Shown here piece after piece: positions 47,436-57,809 of a DNA stretch of 64,000 nucleotides (positions within the stretch are counted from its first letter, which is position 1; the number at the start of each line of letters is the position of its first letter). The DNA lies in the NCBI GenBank assembly GCA_017458065.1, contig JAFTGD010000065.1:17957-81956 (forward strand), read 5' to 3'. The notes under the pieces are model-generated. The model was not told the origin of the DNA, ran no database searches, and was given only the letters and a program-made list of their open reading frames with translations. The translations under genes and the position numbers were made by a program. The DNA comes from Oscillospiraceae bacterium. GTDB taxonomy: Bacteria; Bacillota; Clostridia; Oscillospirales; Oscillospiraceae.

Positions 47436-50400
47436 TCAGTACTCGAAGATGCCGGTGAACACTGTGGTCGCGCCGCCGGTGAGGAGCACGCGGTCGTCGC
47501 AGTAGTTGACCGTCAGGTCGCCGCCGGGGAGGGTCACCTTGACATCCGTTCCCTTGTCGCAGTATCCGCTCTCCACCGCGGCTGCCACCGCGGCGCAGGC
47601 CCCCGTCCCGCAGGCCAGGGTCTGGCCGCTGCCGCGTTCCCAGACGCGCATGCGCAGCGCGGTGCGGCTCACCACACGAACGAACTCCGCGTTCACCCGC
47701 TCGGGGAACATCTCCGCGTGCTCAAACTGCGGGCCGACGGTCTCCAGGTCCAGCGTATCGATGTTGTCACAGAAGACCACGCAGTGGGGGTTGCCGACCG
47801 TGAGGCAGGTAACCTTCCATTCCCTGCCGCCGATCTGAACGGGGCTCTGCACCAGTCGCTCCTGCGCTGTGAGAACCGGGATCTCCGCCGGGACCAGACT
47901 CGCCCGACCCATGTCCACCGTGACCGAGCTCACCGTACCGTCCCGGCAGAAAAGCCGCAGATGCCGCAGTCCGCCTGCAGTCTCCACCGTGAGGAACTCT
48001 GTGCGCAGATATCCCCTGTCATACAGGTATTTGCCGATGCAGCGCAGGTTGTTCCCCGCCATCATGCCCTCGCTCCCGTCGCGGTTGAAGCTGCGCATCT
48101 TTACATCGGCGATACGGGAGTCCTCAATCAGGACGATGCCGTCAGCGCCGATGCCGTAATGCGGCTGGCACAGGGAGACACAGAGCGATTCCGGACAGGA
48201 GATGGAGCCGTCAAAGTTCTCGATAAAGATATAGTCGTTCCCGCAGTCCTGCATTTTGGTGAAGGGGATGCTCTGCCGCCAGCGGCGCATCCGGTTCAGG
48301 TCGACCAGCTCAGTGTTGCTCTCGTGGTAGCGCCCGGCGATGCTGTCGGCGAGCGCATTTGCGGTATCCAGCGAAGTGAGGCACGGAATGCCCAGCTGCA
48401 TGGCCCGCCTGTGAAGCGCGATATAGTCCCCCATGGTGCCGTCCTTCACTGCACCGGTATAGACGATCAGCTCGAGGGCCGTCCGCCTTGCCGTCTCCGC
48501 TGCGTCCGCTGAGCGCAGGCTCTCCGGATCAAAGGCCTCCGCCGGGAGCCCAGCGTCACGGATCGCCGCCGCGGTCCCTTCCGTCGCGTAAAGCTTCAGC
48601 CCGAGGTCATGGAAGCGCCTCGCCAGCGTCAGGATCTCGGGGTAGTCCGCTGTCTCAACACTGAGGAGCACGCTGCTGCCCGCTGACGGGAGCCGGAAGC
48701 CGGCCGCCGTGAGCCCTTTGAACATGGCCTCGGCAAAGCTGCGGCCGATGCCCAGCACCTCGCCGGTGGATTTCATCTCCGGACCGAGGATGGAGTTCGC
48801 GTCGGACAGCTTCTCAAAGGAAAACACCGGTACCTTCACTGCGTAGTAGGGCGGCGTGCGCCAGAGCCCCGTGCCGTAACCGAGCTCCCGCAGGCTGGCG
48901 CCCAGCATGATGTGCGCCGCCAGATCCACCATGGGGACATTGGTCACCTTGGAGATATACGGCACGGTACGGGAGGCACGGGGGTTGACCTCGATGACAT
49001 ACAGCTCGTCCTCATAGATGAGATACTGGATGTTCACAAGTCCTTTCGTCCCCAGGGCGAGCGCCAGCTTCTCCGACACGTCGCAGATCCGGTGGAGGAA
49101 ACGGTCGGTGAGGTTATAGGGCGGATAGACCGCGATAGAGTCCCCGCTGTGGACGCCGGCCCGCTCAATGTGCTCCATGATCCCCGGGATCAGCACATCG
49201 GTCCCGTCGGAGATGACGTCGACCTCCAGCTCGATCCCCGGCATGTATTTGTCCACCAGAACGGGGTTCTCGATCCCGCCTGCGAGGATTCCCTTCATAT
49301 AGGTCTCAGTGGTCTCCGGATCCCGGGAGATGCACATGTTCTGTCCGCCTATGACATAGCTCGGCCGGAGCAGGACGGGATAGCCCAGCTCTTCGGCCGC
49401 CTGCAGCGCTTCCTCCAGGGTGTTCACGCCGCGGCCGCGGGGCCGCCGGATGCCGAAGCGCTCCAGCAGCTCATCGAAGCGGGCGCGGTCTTCGGCGATA
49501 TCGATGCTGTCCGCGGAGGTGCCGAGGATCTGAATGCCCTGATCCGAGAGAAACTTGGTCAGCTTGATGGCGGTCTGGCCGCCGAAAGCCACCACAACGC
49601 CGACGGGGTTCTCCACCCGGATCACGTTCCACACGTCCTCCGGACAGAGCGGTTCAAAGTACAAACGGTCTGCGGTGTCATAGTCGGTGGAGACGGTCTC
49701 GGGGTTATTGTTCACGATCACCACGTCATAGCCCATCTCCCGCAGGGTCCAGACACAGTGGACCGAGCTGTAGTCGAACTCGATCCCCTGCCCGATCCGG
49801 ATTGGGCCGGAGCCCAGCACCATCACGACGGGCTTTCCGCTGCGGTGGAAGCTTCGCGACTCGCAGACGCTGTCGCATGTGGAGTAGAAATAAGGCGTCT
49901 GCGCATCGAATTCGGCCGCGCAGGTATCCACCATCTTATACACAAACGCAGAGCTCTTCGGCAGCGGAGCCCCGCTCAGTCTCTCCAGAGCAGCGTCGGT
50001 ATAACCGAGCTTTTTCGCCGTCTCATAGTCCTCTCTGCTGAGAGGCCGCCCCTCGATGCCCTTTTCCAGCTCGGCCATGTTTGCGAGCTTATGGAGGAAG
50101 AAGCGGTCAATGCGGGTGATCTGATGGATCTCCTCCGCCGTGATCCCCTGCTTCAGCGCTTCGAAGACCGTGAACAGGCGGTGGTCGTCCTGATCCTGCA
50201 GCCGTTCGGTGATCGGTCTGGCATCCCGGGAAGGCGCGTTCAGGGTATCGAGAGAGATCTCCGCACCGCGCACCGCCTTCATCAGCGCCATCTCGAAGTT
50301 CGGCGCGATGGCCATCACCTCACCGGTTGCCTTCATCTGGGTCCCCAGACGCCGGCTCGCATGGGGGAACTTATCAAAGGGCCATTTTGGCAGCTTCACC

Positions 50401-51461
50401 ACCACGTAATCGAGAGCCGGTTCAAAGCAGGCGCAGGTCTTGCCGGTGATGTCGTTTGTGATCTCATCCAGCGTATAACCCAGAGCAAGCCTGGTGCTGA
50501 TCTTGGCGATGGGGTAGCCGGTGGCCTTGGACGCCAGAGCTGAGGAGCGCGACACACGGGGGTTTACCTCGATCACCGCATATTCAAAGCTCTCCGGGTC
50601 CAGGGCAAACTGGCAGTTGCAGCCGCCCACGATGCCGAGGGCTGTGATGATGTCCAGTGCCGCGCTGCGCAGCATCTGGTACTCCCGATCCGCCAGCGTC
50701 AGCGCCGGCGCCACGACGATCGAGTCGCCTGTGTGGATGCCGACAGGGTCGAAGTTCTCCATCGAGCAGACCGCGATAACGTTGCCGACCGCGTCCCGCA
50801 TGGTCTCAAACTCGATCTCCTTCCAGCCCGAGATGCACTTTTCAACCAGAATCTGGGTGATCGGCGAGAGGTCCAGCCCGTTGCGCGCAATGGCGCTCAG
50901 TTCCTCCGGGTTTTCCGCGATCCCGCCGCCGGTACCGCCGAGGGTATAAGCCGGACGTACAATCACCGGATAGCCGATCTCCCCGGCGATCCCCAGCGCC
51001 TGCTCCACCGTCACGGCGGTAGCAGACGGAATCACCGGCTGACCCATCGCCTCCAGCGTCTCACGAAAACGCTCTCGATCCTCCGCTTTCTCAATGCTCT
51101 CAATATCCGAGCCCAGCAGACGGACGCCGTATTTGGCCAGAGTTCCGTCCCTGCTGAGCTGCATCGCAAGCGTCAGACCGGTCTGTCCTCCCAGGCCCGC
51201 CAGCAGGCCGTCCGGGCGCTCCTTCTCGATGATGCGGCGCAGTGTCTCCGGCGTGAGAGGCTCCAGATAGATGGCGTCGGCGAGCTTCTTGTCGGTCATG
51301 ATGGTTGCGGGATTCGAGTTGACGAGGACGGTCTCGATCCCCTCCTGGCGCAGGATGCGGCAGGCCTGGGCGCCGGCGTAGTCGAATTCCGCCGCCTGCC
51401 CGATAACGATCGGCCCTGAGCCGATCACCAGGACCTTATGGATGCTCTTGTCCTTAGGCAT
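47436..51461 (-). CDS. carB: carbamoyl-phosphate synthase large subunit fused in frame to a C-terminal DapF-like (diaminopimelate epimerase fold) domain
   Basis: 1341 aa. Residues 1-~1060 are a complete CarB (MPKDKSIHKVLVIGSGPIVIGQAAEFDY, a second ATP-grasp half, MGS-like domain). Residues 1065-1341 read IPFTKMQDCGNDYIFIE..FNRDGSEGMMAGNNLRC..VGNPHCVVF..ERGSGQTLACGTGACAA, which are DapF hallmarks. Confidence 0.9.
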   Translation of the reverse strand: MPKDKSIHKVLVIGSGPIVIGQAAEFDYAGAQACRILRQEGIETVLVNSNPATIMTDKKLADAIYLEPLTPETLRRIIEKERPDGLLAGLGGQTGLTLAMQLSRDGTLAKYGVRLLGSDIESIEKAEDRERFRETLEAMGQPVIPSATAVTVEQALGIAGEIGYPVIVRPAYTLGGTGGGIAENPEELSAIARNGLDLSPITQILVEKCISGWKEIEFETMRDAVGNVIAVCSMENFDPVGIHTGDSIVVAPALTLADREYQMLRSAALDIITALGIVGGCNCQFALDPESFEYAVIEVNPRVSRSSALASKATGYPIAKISTRLALGYTLDEITNDITGKTCACFEPALDYVVVKLPKWPFDKFPHASRRLGTQMKATGEVMAIAPNFEMALMKAVRGAEISLDTLNAPSRDARPITERLQDQDDHRLFTVFEALKQGITAEEIHQITRIDRFFLHKLANMAELEKGIEGRPLSREDYETAKKLGYTDAALERLSGAPLPKSSAFVYKMVDTCAAEFDAQTPYFYSTCDSVCESRSFHRSGKPVVMVLGSGPIRIGQGIEFDYSSVHCVWTLREMGYDVVIVNNNPETVSTDYDTADRLYFEPLCPEDVWNVIRVENPVGVVVAFGGQTAIKLTKFLSDQGIQILGTSADSIDIAEDRARFDELLERFGIRRPRGRGVNTLEEALQAAEELGYPVLLRPSYVIGGQNMCISRDPETTETYMKGILAGGIENPVLVDKYMPGIELEVDVISDGTDVLIPGIMEHIERAGVHSGDSIAVYPPYNLTDRFLHRICDVSEKLALALGTKGLVNIQYLIYEDELYVIEVNPRASRTVPYISKVTNVPMVDLAAHIMLGASLRELGYGTGLWRTPPYYAVKVPVFSFEKLSDANSILGPEMKSTGEVLGIGRSFAEAMFKGLTAAGFRLPSAGSSVLLSVETADYPEILTLARRFHDLGLKLYATEGTAAAIRDAGLPAEAFDPESLRSADAAETARRTALELIVYTGAVKDGTMGDYIALHRRAMQLGIPCLTSLDTANALADSIAGRYHESNTELVDLNRMRRWRQSIPFTKMQDCGNDYIFIENFDGSISCPESLCVSLCQPHYGIGADGIVLIEDSRIADVKMRSFNRDGSEGMMAGNNLRCIGKYLYDRGYLRTEFLTVETAGGLRHLRLFCRDGTVSSVTVDMGRASLVPAEIPVLTAQERLVQSPVQIGGREWKVTCLTVGNPHCVVFCDNIDTLDLETVGPQFEHAEMFPERVNAEFVRVVSRTALRMRVWERGSGQTLACGTGACAAVAAAVESGYCDKGTDVKVTLPGGDLTVNYCDDRVLLTGGATTVFTGIFEY

Positions 51462-52572
51462 TTGCGCCCTCCTCTCCGTTCATCATGGCAAGAAAGCGGT
51501 CAAACAGAAAGCCTGTGTCGTGCGGTCCTGCACAGGCCTCCGGATGGAACTGCACCGTGAAGCACTTCTTTCCCGGGTATTCGAGCCCCTCACAGCTCCG
51601 GTCGTTGGCGTTCCAGAAGCTCAGCCCGGCGATCCCCTCCACGCTCTCATTCCGGACAGCGTAGCCATGGTTCTGGGTTGTGATCCAGGTCCGTCTGCCG
51701 TCCGTGACCGGCTGGTTTGCCCCGCGATGGCCGTACTTCAGCTTGTAGGTCTCGCCGCCCATGGCGAGCGCGCAGAGCTGATGCCCGAGACAGATGCCGA
51801 AAACGGGAACCTGTCCCACCAGCTTCCGGATCTGTGCAACCTCATAGACGTTCTCCGCCGGGTCGCCCGGGCCGTTGGAGAGCATCACGCCGTCCGGGTC
51901 CATTGCAAGGATTTCCTCCGCCGGCGTATCGTGCGGAACCAGCGTCACACGGCAGCCTCTCGACGTGAGACTGCGGATGATATTCCGCTTTGCACCGTAG
52001 TCGACCAGCACCACGTGATGGCCTGACGCCCCGGTGCACACAGCGTCTGCCGGGAAGCGGATGCTGTGCCTGGTGCTGACCATCGGGACGACCTTTTCCA
52101 CCCGGTAGCGCTGCACCGGGGCGAGATCAGCGGGGATCTCCCGGCAGAGGCAGGCGTTCATAACGCCCTCTTCACGGATGATCCTCGTGATGGCGCGGGT
52201 ATCCACGCCGCAGATGCCGGGGATGCCGCGCTCATTCAGAAAGCTGTCCAGATCCCCTTCGCTGCGGAAGTTGGACGGACTGCCGCAGAGCTCCCGGACC
52301 ACATAGCCTTTGGCGAAGCAGTCCCCTTCAAAGTCCTGCGGAATAAGCCCGTAATTCCCGATCATGGGGAAGGTCTGCAGAATGATCTGCCCGGCATAGC
52401 TGGGATCGGTCAGGGTCTCGAGGTAGCCGGTCATTCCGGTGGTGAAGACCAGCTCTCCCACCGAAGCGGCTGCCTGTTCTGTATTCCCCCATGCGCCAAT
52501 GGGATGGCCCGAAAAAGCCATCCCGTTTTGCAGTACAAGATATACACTGTCCATATCGTTACTCACTGTCAT
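51454..52572 (-). CDS. carA: carbamoyl-phosphate synthase small (glutaminase) subunit
   Basis: 372 aa with a CPSase_sm N-domain and a class-I GATase with the catalytic FGICLGHQL. Overlaps carB by 8 nt. Confidence 0.95.
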   Translation of the reverse strand: MTVSNDMDSVYLVLQNGMAFSGHPIGAWGNTEQAAASVGELVFTTGMTGYLETLTDPSYAGQIILQTFPMIGNYGLIPQDFEGDCFAKGYVVRELCGSPSNFRSEGDLDSFLNERGIPGICGVDTRAITRIIREEGVMNACLCREIPADLAPVQRYRVEKVVPMVSTRHSIRFPADAVCTGASGHHVVLVDYGAKRNIIRSLTSRGCRVTLVPHDTPAEEILAMDPDGVMLSNGPGDPAENVYEVAQIRKLVGQVPVFGICLGHQLCALAMGGETYKLKYGHRGANQPVTDGRRTWITTQNHGYAVRNESVEGIAGLSFWNANDRSCEGLEYPGKKCFTVQFHPEACAGPHDTGFLFDRFLAMMNGEEGANA

Positions 52573-52632
52573 AGATTATGCCGATTTGCCCGAACATTTT
52601 TCTTCTCTGCCTTATGAAGGGCTGCGGCACTG

Positions 52633-53616
52633 TTACAGCGTTGCAGCCATAACCGCCTTAATTGTGTGCATGCGGTTTTCCGCCTCGTCGAAGACAATCG
52701 ACTGAGGCCCTTCAAACACCTCATTCGTGACTTCCATCTCCGTCAGGCCAAAGGTCTTATAGACTGCCACGGCGTTTTCCGTCTCCAGGTCGTGATAGGC
52801 CGGCAGGCAGTGCATAAACCGGCACTGAGGCCCCGCAGCCCCCATCAGCTGCTGGTTAATCTGATAGGGCAGCAGGTCATGGATACGCTCCGCCCAGACC
52901 GCCTCCGGTTCGCCCATGGAGACCCAGATGTCCGTATACAGCACATCCGCGCCCTGTACGGCCTTCATCGGGTCGGTCTCAAACTCCAGCGTCGCTCCGG
53001 TCTCGGCGGCAACTGCCTTGCACTGCGCGATGAGCGCCGCGTCAGGGAAGTATTTCTCCGGGGCGCAGGCGACAAAGTGCAGGCCCATCTTCGCGCAGCC
53101 AACCATGAGGGAGTTCCCCATGTTGTAGCGCGCGTCCCCGAAGTAGACCAGCTTTCTCCCTTTCAGGCTGCCAAAGTGTTCCCGGATGGTCAGGAAATCC
53201 GCCAGGATCTGCGTCGGGTGGAACTCGTTTGTCAGGCCGTTCCAGACCGGCACGCCCGCATAGGCTGCCAGCTTCTCAACCCGCTTCTGCTCAAAGCCGC
53301 GGTATTCGATCCCGTCGAACATCCGTCCCAGCACCCGCGCTGTATCGGCGATGCTCTCCTTCTTCCCGATCTGAGATCCCTTCGGGTCCAGATAGACCGG
53401 GTGCATGCCCAGATCTGCCGCCGCCACTTCAAAGCTGCAGCGGGTCCTGGTGCTCGTTTTCTCAAAAACCAGGGCGATGTTCTTTCCCTCACAGAGGCGG
53501 TGGGGAATGCCGGCCTTTTTCTTTGCCTTCAGATCCGCCGCCAGATCCAGCAGCCCTTCGATCTCCTCGGAGCTGAAATCCAGCAGCTTCAGGAAGCTTT
53601 TGCCTTTCAGGTTCAT
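52633..53616 (-). CDS. argF: ornithine carbamoyltransferase
   Basis: [11 protein letters not shown].., [13 protein letters not shown] and FMHCLPA are OTCase motifs. ATG 53616 forms an ATGA overlap with the argD stop. The track start 53622 is GTG. Confidence 0.93.
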   Translation of the reverse strand: MNLKGKSFLKLLDFSSEEIEGLLDLAADLKAKKKAGIPHRLCEGKNIALVFEKTSTRTRCSFEVAAADLGMHPVYLDPKGSQIGKKESIADTARVLGRMFDGIEYRGFEQKRVEKLAAYAGVPVWNGLTNEFHPTQILADFLTIREHFGSLKGRKLVYFGDARYNMGNSLMVGCAKMGLHFVACAPEKYFPDAALIAQCKAVAAETGATLEFETDPMKAVQGADVLYTDIWVSMGEPEAVWAERIHDLLPYQINQQLMGAAGPQCRFMHCLPAYHDLETENAVAVYKTFGLTEMEVTNEVFEGPQSIVFDEAENRMHTIKAVMAATL

Positions 53617-54776
53617 ACACACGCTCCTTTGACAATCTCGATTGCCTTTGCCAGCACATCTTTCGGGATGTTCAGCGCCGGCAGAAGCCGGACCTTGTCC
53701 TTTGCCGTCAGGCAGAGGACACCGTTTTCCATACAGGTCTTGACTACATCCGCCGCAGGCTTCGCGGTCTTGATCCCGATCATCAGTCCCATGCCGCTGA
53801 CCGCCTCAACGCCGGGCGCCCCCTCGAGCATGGAGAAGGCCATCTCACTCTTTGCTTTCACTTCCGCGAGCAGGTCGTCGTCAATTCGCTCCAGAATACT
53901 GATCGCGCCGGCGCAGCAGACCGGGTTCCCGCCGAAGGTGGAGCCGTGGTCTCCGTGGCCGAGGGTAAACTCGGTCTTCTCTCCGAAGAGTACCGCCCCC
54001 AGCGGCAGGCCGCCGCCGATGCCTTTGGCGGTAGAGACGACATCCGGCTGAATGCCGAAGTTCATATAGGCGTATAGTGCTCCGGTACGGCCGTTGCCGG
54101 TCTGGACCTCGTCCACCAGCAGGAGGATATCCTCTTCTTTGCAAAAGGCCGCAAGTCCCTGCACAAAGCTCTTCTCCAGCGGGATGACGCCGCCCTCCCC
54201 CTGGATGCACTCGATCATTACCGCGGCCGCCTTGTTCTCCAGCGCTGCAGTCTTCACCGCCTCCAGGTTGTTCGCCGGCGCGTGTACAAAGCCCGGTGTC
54301 AGAGGCTGGAACAGCTCGTGATAATGGTCCTGACCGGTGGCGGCGAGGGTCGTCAGCGTCCGGCCGTGGAAGCTGTTCTCCATGGTGACGATGGTGTAGT
54401 ATTCCGGTCCCTTCTTCTCGGCAGCGTACTTGCGCGCCGCCTTGATGGCGCCTTCATTCGCTTCGGCGCCGGAGTTGCAGAAAAAGACCTTTTTCATACC
54501 CGTGCGCTCGCACAGTATTTGTGCCAGCTTGGCACAGGGCTCGGTATAGTAGAGGTTGGACATGTGCTGCAGCTTCCCGAGCTGGGCGGTCACCGCCGCC
54601 TGCCACCCGTCATCCGCGATGCCGAAGGCGGTCACACCAATGCCGCTCCCCATGTCGATGTATTCCTTCCCCGTCTCATCGTAGACAAGGGAGCCCTTCC
54701 CGCTGACCAGCTCCACGGGGAAGCGGGCGTAGGTATTGGCAACATACTGCTGATCAAGTGTCTTGAGGTCTTTCAT
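53613..54776 (-). CDS. argD: acetylornithine aminotransferase
   Basis: A class-III aminotransferase starting [21 protein letters not shown], with the PLP-lysine region ([11 protein letters not shown]). ATG 54776 forms an ATGA overlap with the argB stop, and the longer track ORF is not supported. Confidence 0.92.
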   Translation of the reverse strand: MKDLKTLDQQYVANTYARFPVELVSGKGSLVYDETGKEYIDMGSGIGVTAFGIADDGWQAAVTAQLGKLQHMSNLYYTEPCAKLAQILCERTGMKKVFFCNSGAEANEGAIKAARKYAAEKKGPEYYTIVTMENSFHGRTLTTLAATGQDHYHELFQPLTPGFVHAPANNLEAVKTAALENKAAAVMIECIQGEGGVIPLEKSFVQGLAAFCKEEDILLLVDEVQTGNGRTGALYAYMNFGIQPDVVSTAKGIGGGLPLGAVLFGEKTEFTLGHGDHGSTFGGNPVCCAGAISILERIDDDLLAEVKAKSEMAFSMLEGAPGVEAVSGMGLMIGIKTAKPAADVVKTCMENGVLCLTAKDKVRLLPALNIPKDVLAKAIEIVKGACV

Positions 54777-55648
54777 AGTTCTGTCTCCTCTCCGTAAACC
54801 ATTGTACCTGCGCCTTCGTCCGTCAGGATCTCCATCAGGATCGAATGAGGCACCCTGCCGTCCATGATGATCACGCGCTCGACCCCCCGGTGGATCGCGT
54901 CGATACAGCATTCCACCTTGGGGATCATGCCGCCCGCGATGACGTTCTCTTCAAACAGCTTCACCGCCTCTGCGATGGTGAGCTCCGGGATCAGAGTGCT
55001 CGGGTCGTTCCGGTCCCGCAGGACGCCGGCAATATCCGTCATCATGATAAGCCTCTCCGCCCCCAGCGCACCGGCAATGTAAGCCGCCGCCGTATCGCCG
55101 TTGATGTTGTAGGTGTTGCCCTCGGCATCACAGCCCAGCGTAGATACCACGGGGATATAGCCCTTCTCCAGCAGGTCCAGCACCGGCTCGACGTTGACGC
55201 GGGTGATGCTGCCGACAAAGCCGAGCTCCGCCCGCTTTCTCTTTGCCTCGATGAGTCCGCCGTCCATGCCGGAGATACCCATGGCCTTGCCGCCCTTGAC
55301 CTCCAGGAGCTTGACCAGGGTCTTGTTGACCTTGCCGGCGAGGACCATCTGCACGATGTCCACGGTCTCCTGATCGGTAACGCGCAGTCCGTCCACAAAC
55401 TCCGGCTTTTTCCCAAGGCGGTTCATCATCTCGCTGATCTCGGGTCCGCCGCCGTGCACCAGCACCACCTTGACCCCAACCAGCCAGAGCAGGACGATAT
55501 CCTCCATCACCTGCTGCCGAAGCTGTTCGCTGACCATGGCGTTGCCGCCGTATTTGACGACGACGATTTTCCCGTTATACTGCCGGATGTACGGCAGCGC
55601 CTGCGTGAGCACCTGTGCCCGCTGACTGTTGGTAAATATGTCTTCCAT
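54773..55648 (-). CDS. argB: acetylglutamate kinase
   Basis: 291 aa with KIVVVKYGGNAM and LVHGGGPEI. Confidence 0.95.
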   Translation of the reverse strand: MEDIFTNSQRAQVLTQALPYIRQYNGKIVVVKYGGNAMVSEQLRQQVMEDIVLLWLVGVKVVLVHGGGPEISEMMNRLGKKPEFVDGLRVTDQETVDIVQMVLAGKVNKTLVKLLEVKGGKAMGISGMDGGLIEAKRKRAELGFVGSITRVNVEPVLDLLEKGYIPVVSTLGCDAEGNTYNINGDTAAAYIAGALGAERLIMMTDIAGVLRDRNDPSTLIPELTIAEAVKLFEENVIAGGMIPKVECCIDAIHRGVERVIIMDGRVPHSILMEILTDEGAGTMVYGEETEL

Positions 55649-56863
55649 TTAAGTCCTGTAATCTCCGTTGATCTTCACATAGTCATAGGTGAGGTCGCAG
55701 CCCCAGGCTTTCGCTGCCGCGCTTCCGTCGCCCAGCGTGATGACAATGTCGATCTCACTCTCGTGCAGGACCTCCGCCGCCTTCTCCTCGGAGAACGGGA
55801 TGCCCGCTCCGTCCTTGCAGACCGCAACCGTACCCGCCTCCGACCGGAACTCGACATCCACCTTCGTAATATCCACGTCCGCACCGCTGTAGCCGATGGC
55901 ACAGAGCACGCGGCCCCAGTTGGCATCCTCACCGAACATCGCCGCCTTTGTCAGGCTGGAACTGATCACGCTTCTGGCAACCGTCTTTGCCGCCTTGTCG
56001 TCCTTGGCTCCGGTGACGGTGCACTCCAGCAGCTTTGTCGCGCCTTCCCCGTCTCCGGCGATCATCCGGCAGAGCTGGACCGTGACGGTGTTGAGCGCGC
56101 ACATGAAGGCGCTGAAGTCCTCCCCTTCTTCGGTAATCTCCTCGTTCCCGGCAAGACCGTTTGCCAGCAGCACCACCATGTCGTTGGTGGAGGTGTCGCC
56201 GTCGACGCTGATCATGTTGAAGGTGCTCTGGATGTCCCCCGAGAGCGCTTTCTGCAGCAGGGCGGGGCTCACTGCCGCATCAGTCGTCAGGAACACCAGC
56301 ATTGTCGCCATATTGGGATGGATCATACCGCTGCCCTTGGCAATACCGCCGAGGCGGCAGATCTTCCCGCCGAGGGCAAACTCCACCGCGACGGACTTCT
56401 CTTTCGTGTCCGTGGTCATGATGGCGGCGCAGGCTTCTGAACTGCCTTCCGGGGAGAGCGCTGCGGCGAGCTTCGGGATCCCTGCCGCAATCGGCGCAAT
56501 GGGAAGCGGCTGACCGATCACGCCGGTGGACGCCACGACGACGTCCTCCGCTTTGATTCCAAGGGCTTCAGCCGTCAGACTGCTCATGGTCTCGGCGATC
56601 TCGATGCCGTCGGCATTGCAGGTGTTGGCGTTACCGCTGTTGCAGATCACCGCCTGCGCCTTGCCGTCGGCAATATGGGCCTTGGTCACGGTGAGGGGCG
56701 CGCCCTTCACCAGGTTGGTGGTGTAGACCGTGGCGGCATTGGCCGGGACTTCGCTCACGATCAGGGCCAGGTCCTTTTTCTGCGGGTTTTTCCGGATCCC
56801 GCAGTAGACGCCCGCGGCTTTGAATCCTTTCGCGGCGCAGACGCCGCCGGAGATGATGTTCAT
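55649..56863 (-). CDS. argJ: bifunctional ornithine acetyltransferase / N-acetylglutamate synthase
   Basis: Starts MNIISGGVCAAKGFKAAGVYCGIRKN. The autoprocessing site is PNMATMLVFLTTDA. ATG 56863 is chosen because the track start overlaps argC. Confidence 0.93.
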   Translation of the reverse strand: MNIISGGVCAAKGFKAAGVYCGIRKNPQKKDLALIVSEVPANAATVYTTNLVKGAPLTVTKAHIADGKAQAVICNSGNANTCNADGIEIAETMSSLTAEALGIKAEDVVVASTGVIGQPLPIAPIAAGIPKLAAALSPEGSSEACAAIMTTDTKEKSVAVEFALGGKICRLGGIAKGSGMIHPNMATMLVFLTTDAAVSPALLQKALSGDIQSTFNMISVDGDTSTNDMVVLLANGLAGNEEITEEGEDFSAFMCALNTVTVQLCRMIAGDGEGATKLLECTVTGAKDDKAAKTVARSVISSSLTKAAMFGEDANWGRVLCAIGYSGADVDITKVDVEFRSEAGTVAVCKDGAGIPFSEEKAAEVLHESEIDIVITLGDGSAAAKAWGCDLTYDYVKINGDYRT

Positions 56864-56894
56864 GATGTGTTCCTTTCGCTTTGCGCTGGGCCGG

Positions 56895-57809
56895 TCAGAG
56901 GACCAGGCCTGTCGTCTCATCGACGCCCAATACAATGTTCATGTTCTGGATCGCGGCGCCTGAGGCGCCTTTGCCCAGGTTGTCAAATGTCGAGATCAGC
57001 AGGATGCGATCTTCGTTGCCGGCAACGGTGATCACCATGTCATCCCGCCCGGAGAGGGCGTTCCCCGCGATCAGACCGTCGGTGTATTCCTCATAATGGA
57101 CTACCTTGCTGTGGTAGCAGGCTTTGTAGAGCTGCCTGACATCCTCCGCGCTCCCTTTCAGATCCTTTTGGAACAGGGGAACCGTCACCGCCATGCCGCT
57201 GTAGTAGTCCGCCACAATGGGGCAGAAAAACGGCGCTGTTGTGAGACCGGAGATCTTTACCATTTCTTTCAGATGCTTGTGGCTCTGCCCCAGAGCGTAC
57301 TGTCTGGGCGAATCCAGGGCCGGATCCCGGTCTGCGGACTCATAGTCGGCGATCATACTCTTCCCGCCGCCGGAGTACCCGGTTACCGAAAAACAGGTCA
57401 GCGCCGTCCCGGGAGCGATCAGGCCTTCGTGTACCAGGGGCTCCACCAGCGAGATAAAGCCGCTGGCGTGGCAGCCGGGGTTCCCGATCCGGCGGCTGGC
57501 AGCAATCTTCTCCCGCTGCCCGTGCAGTTCGGGGAAGCCGTAGTCCCAGCCGGGTTCCGTCCGGTGGGCAGTGGAGGTATCGATGATTGCGGTATTCCCG
57601 TGCACCAGTTCCGCCGCCTCGATGGCCGCGGCATCCGGCAGGCACAGAAACGCGATATCCGCCTCGTTGAGGATCGCCTCCCTCGCCGCCTTATCCTTGC
57701 GCAGCTCCGCCGGAAGGCTCAGCAGCTCCAGCTCTTTCCTGTCCGACAGACGCTCGTGGATCCGCAGGCCGGTGGTGCCCGCGCTGCCGTCTATGAATAC
57801 TTTCGTCAT
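56895..57809 (-). CDS. argC: N-acetyl-gamma-glutamyl-phosphate reductase (short, type-2 form)
   Basis: Starts MTKVFIDGSAGTTGLRI, with the active-site region GNPGCHASG. ATG 57809 forms an ATGA overlap with the argH stop. Confidence 0.9.
   Translation of the reverse strand: MTKVFIDGSAGTTGLRIHERLSDRKELELLSLPAELRKDKAAREAILNEADIAFLCLPDAAAIEAAELVHGNTAIIDTSTAHRTEPGWDYGFPELHGQREKIAASRRIGNPGCHASGFISLVEPLVHEGLIAPGTALTCFSVTGYSGGGKSMIADYESADRDPALDSPRQYALGQSHKHLKEMVKISGLTTAPFFCPIVADYYSGMAVTVPLFQKDLKGSAEDVRQLYKACYHSKVVHYEEYTDGLIAGNALSGRDDMVITVAGNEDRILLISTFDNLGKGASGAAIQNMNIVLGVDETTGLVL

Noticed and set aside
47346-50543. Plus-strand ORFs of 388 aa (47346-48512) and 543 aa (48912-50543)
   Set aside because: Both are antisense to carB-dapF-like and have no motifs, so they are shadow ORFs.
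54845-56513. 531-aa and 205-aa plus-strand ORFs
   Set aside because: They are antisense to argB and argJ, whose products carry canonical motifs.
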